Source: Clostridia bacterium
GTDB lineage: Bacteria > Bacillota > Clostridia > JAAYHZ01
Length of the DNA: 64,000 nucleotides
Direction of reading: 5' to 3'
Assembly (NCBI GenBank): GCA_050950825.1
Contig: JBMNIH010000010.1
Span: 64,001 to 128,000 of the forward strand
Below are positions 60,214 through 64,000 of the stretch, piece by piece (the stretch's first letter is position 1; the number at the start of each line of letters is the position of its first letter). Both the position numbers and the translations under genes were made by a program. The notes below the pieces were generated by a model. The model was given only the letters and a program-made list of their open reading frames with translations, ran no database searches and had not been told where the DNA came from.

Positions 60214-61044
60214 GAACAAAAGGCTGATATCTAAAGCTTTTACGGAGTGGGTAATGGCTCCGACGGATATAATATCCACACCGGTTTGTGCAATTTCCCT
60301 AACCGTTTTTAACGAAACATTACCCGACGCCTCCACAAGAGCTCGGCGGTTAATAAAATCGACACATCTTTTCATTTCCTTGCAATCCATGTTGTCCAGC
60401 ATAATGATATCGGCTTTTGCTTCTATGGCTTCCATTACCTGTTCGAAATTCTCGGTCTCCACTTCGATCTTAACGGTATGAGGAATTTTACTCCGAATAA
60501 TCGATATCGCATTTTTGATCCCGCCGGCTGCCGCTATATGATTGTCTTTAATGAGAACGGCATCCGACAAACCGTAGCGATGGTTATGCCCTCCTCCGGC
60601 GGTAACGGCATACTTATCCAGCATACGAAGTCCGGGAACCGTTTTTCTCGTATCCACAATACGAACGGAACAGCCTTTTACTTCTTCTACATATAAAGAA
60701 GTGGCCGTTGCGATTCCGGACATTCTTTGAAGCAAATTCAACGCCGTTCTTTCCGCTTTTAAAATCGATGCGGTTTTTCCGGATAAATACGCCAAAACGT
60801 CTCCCTTTTGGACTCTGTCTCCGTCTTTAACACAAGATTCAAATACAATCTCCGAATCCAACAATTCGAAAACTCTTTTTGCGACATCCATCCCCGCAAT
60901 AACACCGGATTCCTTGCCTATTAAACGGGCATTTGATTTTTGATTGCCGTCAATAAGATGGTCCGTGGTAATATCGCCGTAGGGCATGTCTTCTTTCAAT
61001 GCTCTATGTATGATTTCATCAATATACATGGGGTTCAGTATCAT
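60208..61044 (-). CDS. nadC: Quinolinate phosphoribosyltransferase
   Basis: DTRKT, NHRYGL, KDNH, IMLDN and EASG motifs. Confidence 0.95.
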   Translation of the reverse strand: MILNPMYIDEIIHRALKEDMPYGDITTDHLIDGNQKSNARLIGKESGVIAGMDVAKRVFELLDSEIVFESCVKDGDRVQKGDVLAYLSGKTASILKAERTALNLLQRMSGIATATSLYVEEVKGCSVRIVDTRKTVPGLRMLDKYAVTAGGGHNHRYGLSDAVLIKDNHIAAAGGIKNAISIIRSKIPHTVKIEVETENFEQVMEAIEAKADIIMLDNMDCKEMKRCVDFINRRALVEASGNVSLKTVREIAQTGVDIISVGAITHSVKALDISLLFC

Positions 61045-62641
61045 AACGAACTTCCTTTCCTATTTCCCGGATAATACTTTTCTTTTGCTTGTCGTCGGGA
61101 GATGTAAAATCCGAACGAAAATGTGCGCCTCTGCTTTCTTCGCGAAAAAGTGCATTTTCCGTTATCACTTCCGCCAGCTGCAGCATATTGTAAATTTCAA
61201 AATGTTCGGGTATCAACGGTTCCTTTTTCTCTATTAAAGATATGTATCCTCTTATCATTTTCAATGCCGTTTCAAGCCCCTCTTTGTTTCGAACAATTCC
61301 CACGTAAGAGGTCATGATTTCCCGTATATGCTCTTTTATTTCCAAATCCTTATCCTCAAAAGACAGGGCATACTCCGGCAAGCAAGCGTCCCTGATTGTA
61401 ATCTTTTCTTTTTTTCTACCCTGTCGGTTTAGAATTCTTGCAATATTTCCGCCGAAAACCAAGCCCTCCAGCAGGGAATTGCTGGCCAAGCGATTGGCAC
61501 CGTGTATTCCGGTGCATGCCGCTTCCCCGCAGGCATAAAAACCTTTAATATTTGTCCTTCCCCACACATCGGTTTTTATGCCGCCCATACAATAGTGTTC
61601 GGCAGGAGCTACCGGTATATAGTTTTTCGACATGTCGATGCCATATCCCAAACATGTTTTAAATATGTTGGGGAATCGATTCATCAAATATTCTCGGTCT
61701 TTAAAGGTAATATCCAAAAAAACGTTTTCCGCTTGATCCTTTTGCATTTCCGTAAAAATGGCTCTTGCCACCACATCGCGGGGAGCGAGCTCTTCAAGCT
61801 TGTGATAGCGGTGCATGAACCGTTCTTTCTTTTGGTTTCTCAAAACGGCTCCTTCTCCTCTGACGGCTTCGGATATGAGAAAGTGTTTATTTTCCGGGTG
61901 ATAAAGCACCGTAGGATGAAACTGCACAAACTCCATATCCGCCAAGAAAGCCCCGGCTCGGTATGCCATACAGACGCCGTCTCCCGTTGCCACATCCGGA
62001 TTTGTCGTCATCTTATACAATCGGCCAAATCCGCCGGCAGCGCAAACGATGGCGTCGGAAACAAATATCACAAATTCTTTTTTCTTCTCGTCATAGGCCA
62101 ATACACCTTTGGCTTCTTGACCCTCCGTGATCAAATCCACGGCAAACACCTTTTCTTTTATGGTGATATTCTTTCTGTTCTTTGCGGCAAGAATAAGCTT
62201 ATCGCACACTTCTTTTCCCGTCGTGTCTCCGGCATGGATAATTCTGTTTTTGCTATGGGCCGCTTCCCGTCCGAAAGCAAGCTCATCCTTGCTTTTACGG
62301 TCAAATTGCACGCCGAATTCCAATAATCGCTCGATTCGATCCGCCGCTTCGTTTACCAATACCCAAACGCTTTCTTCATTGCACAGTCCGGCTCCCGCCG
62401 TAAGAGTATCTTGAAAATGCAATGCAGGGGAATCGCCCTTGTCCAAAGAAACGGCGATTCCCCCTTGTGCCAAAACCGAATTGCTCATATCAATGGTATC
62501 TTTCGTAATGATTACCGTTTCCTTTTCCGAATTTAAGCATAATGCGGTATAAACTCCCGCAATTCCGCTTCCGATGATTACCGTATCGTAATACACCTTT
62601 TCAATTTCCGAAAAAGGTTTTTTTAATAAATACCTTCGCAT
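61019..62641 (-). CDS. nadB: L-aspartate oxidase
   Basis: AQGGIA, QFHPT, SEAVRGEG, HYCMGG, HGANRLASNSLLE and ESRGAH motifs. Confidence 0.95.
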   Translation of the reverse strand: MRRYLLKKPFSEIEKVYYDTVIIGSGIAGVYTALCLNSEKETVIITKDTIDMSNSVLAQGGIAVSLDKGDSPALHFQDTLTAGAGLCNEESVWVLVNEAADRIERLLEFGVQFDRKSKDELAFGREAAHSKNRIIHAGDTTGKEVCDKLILAAKNRKNITIKEKVFAVDLITEGQEAKGVLAYDEKKKEFVIFVSDAIVCAAGGFGRLYKMTTNPDVATGDGVCMAYRAGAFLADMEFVQFHPTVLYHPENKHFLISEAVRGEGAVLRNQKKERFMHRYHKLEELAPRDVVARAIFTEMQKDQAENVFLDITFKDREYLMNRFPNIFKTCLGYGIDMSKNYIPVAPAEHYCMGGIKTDVWGRTNIKGFYACGEAACTGIHGANRLASNSLLEGLVFGGNIARILNRQGRKKEKITIRDACLPEYALSFEDKDLEIKEHIREIMTSYVGIVRNKEGLETALKMIRGYISLIEKKEPLIPEHFEIYNMLQLAEVITENALFREESRGAHFRSDFTSPDDKQKKSIIREIGKEVRYDTEPHVY

Positions 62642-62654
62642 ATTTTTCTACCTT

Positions 62655-63575
62655 TTATGAAAGCTCCAGCATTCGATCCAAGCATCTTCGAGCTTTCTTG
62701 ATAATTTCTTCGCTTAACAGGATTTCATGCTGCATATCGTTCAAAGCGTTGTATACGTCGATTAGGTCTGTTTTTTTCATATTCACGCACAGCAAACATG
62801 GTGAAGGAAAATAAAGATCCGCATCGGGTCTTGCCTTTTTGATCGGATGTGCGACACCTTTTTCCGTCGCGATGATAAATTCTTTTTTGCTTTTTTCCTT
62901 GATGACGTAATCGATGATGGCCTTTGTGCTTCCGATAAAATCCGCATGAACCAACACTCCTTGGTTACATTCCGGGTGAGCTAAAAGCAAAGCATCCGGC
63001 TTTAACTCCTTCCACTTTACTACGTCCTCTTCTTTTAATGCTTCATGCACAATGCAGTAGCCGTCCCATAACAATATGTTCTTTTCGGGAATTTGTTGTG
63101 CAATATACATACCTAAATTTCTATCCGGTACGAAAATGATATCTTTTTCTTCCATCGAAGATATGACTTTTACCGCATTGGACGAGGTGACACAAACATC
63201 GCTTTCCGCTTTGACCTCCGCCGTAGAGTTGATATAACAGGCGACGGCGGCACCCGGATACTTTTCTTTCATCATTCTAACGTCTTCTCCGGTGACCATG
63301 TTCGCCATCGGACATCCGGCATTTAATGCCGGCAGCAATACCGTTTTGCTCGGAGAAAGTATCTTCGCACTTTCGGCCATAAAATGAACACCGCAAAAAA
63401 CGATAACGTCTTCTTTCGCTTGGCTGACAAATCGGCTGAGTGCATAAGAATCACCGGTTTTATCCGCTATCTCCTGAACTTCGGCTCGTTGGTATGTATG
63501 AGCGACGATAACCGCGTTTCTTTCTTTTTTTAATTCGCGTATCTGCTCAACAATTTGTTCCGGATCCATGATCAT
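62655..63575 (-). CDS. nadA: Quinolinate synthase
   Basis: AHTYQ, FCGVHFMAE, GCPMA, YINS, CIVH and HPEC motifs. Confidence 0.95.
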   Translation of the reverse strand: MIMDPEQIVEQIRELKKERNAVIVAHTYQRAEVQEIADKTGDSYALSRFVSQAKEDVIVFCGVHFMAESAKILSPSKTVLLPALNAGCPMANMVTGEDVRMMKEKYPGAAVACYINSTAEVKAESDVCVTSSNAVKVISSMEEKDIIFVPDRNLGMYIAQQIPEKNILLWDGYCIVHEALKEEDVVKWKELKPDALLLAHPECNQGVLVHADFIGSTKAIIDYVIKEKSKKEFIIATEKGVAHPIKKARPDADLYFPSPCLLCVNMKKTDLIDVYNALNDMQHEILLSEEIIKKARRCLDRMLELS

Positions 63576-63662
63576 GACAGTTTTCCTTTCCTATCCATTA
63601 ACAAATAACGATTACGGTTATTCTAATATGTATTCACTTTTTTGTAAAGTTAGCGGAAAATT

Positions 63663-63699
63663 AAAAAAGAAACCCGCATCTTGTTCGGATGCGGGATTC
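63663..63699 (-). terminator. rRNA operon terminator
   Basis: CCCGCATC...GATGCGGG stem followed by TTTCTTTTTT. Confidence 0.8.
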
Positions 63700-63705
63700 G
63701 TATAA

Positions 63706-63822
63706 TTCCGGCAGCGACCTATCTTCCCGAGGCGCCACGCCCCGGTATTTTCAGCACCGAGAAGCTTAACTGCCGTGTTCGGGATGGGAACGGGTGGGTC
63801 CTTCTCGTTATTGCCACCGAAA
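63706..63822 (-). rRNA. rrf: 5S rRNA
   Basis: CACCCGTTCCCATCCCGAACACGGCAGTTAAGC core; about 117 nt with pairing ends. Confidence 0.97.
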
Positions 63823-63899
63823 ATCTTTATTCTCTTCGCGCGCTTTTTATCGCACCCTCAAAACTGCATAATACGTCTTTTTTTCTTCAGCGACGACCT

Positions 63900-64000
63900 T
63901 GGTCAAGCCCTCGGCCTATTAGTACCGGTCCGCTCAACGCATTGCTGCGCTTACACTCCCGGCCTATCAACCATGTTGTCTTCATGGGGCCTTACTTCCT
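63900..64000 (-). rRNA. rrl: 23S rRNA, 3' end (continues beyond the window)
   Basis: GGTTGATAGGCCGGGAGTGTAAGCGCAGCAATGCGTTGAGCGGACCGGTACTAATAGGCCGAGGGCTTGACC. Confidence 0.97.

Noticed and set aside
1-64000. CRISPR array, IS element, prophage or tRNA
   Set aside because: No spaced direct repeats, transposase or integrase motifs, or cloverleaf sequences were seen by eye.

Overview
A 64 kb window of core chromosome from a spore-forming, apparently single-membrane Clostridia-type firmicute. I found no mobile element, CRISPR array or tRNA. From left to right it holds: (1) a Kelch/Asp-box propeller cut by the left edge, an oppABCDF-type ABC importer, and a convergent cytoplasmic heparinase II/III-like protein; (2) an HD protein, an SASP, a decayed SLH gene next to a PAS-AraC regulator, a ThrE pair, rubrerythrin, a YhfW-like protein, VanW/G5, yaaL-bofA, pyruvate:ferredoxin oxidoreductase, a CotS-like protein and an MFS transporter; (3) fhs and a gcvT-H-PA-PB operon under a tandem glycine riboswitch; (4) the purH-prfA-sua5-rpiB/upp-dCMP deaminase-tagO-wecB-cca string, with rpiB and upp fused in frame; (5) glpP, a lipid kinase, DUF2207, rlmH, walJ, murA and walRK-yycH-yycI; (6) two secreted TolC-like genes, two paralogous S-layer genes (one frameshifted), a DnaA-box cluster, nadABC, 5S rRNA and the 3' end of 23S rRNA. 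The best candidate for an undescribed system is the envelope module at about 46.8-60.0 kb. Two TolC-fold proteins with no pump or adaptor partner appear to head the walRK operon, directly downstream of tandem S-layer genes whose promoters carry WalR-like direct repeats. All family assignments come from recognising motifs by eye; no searches were run.
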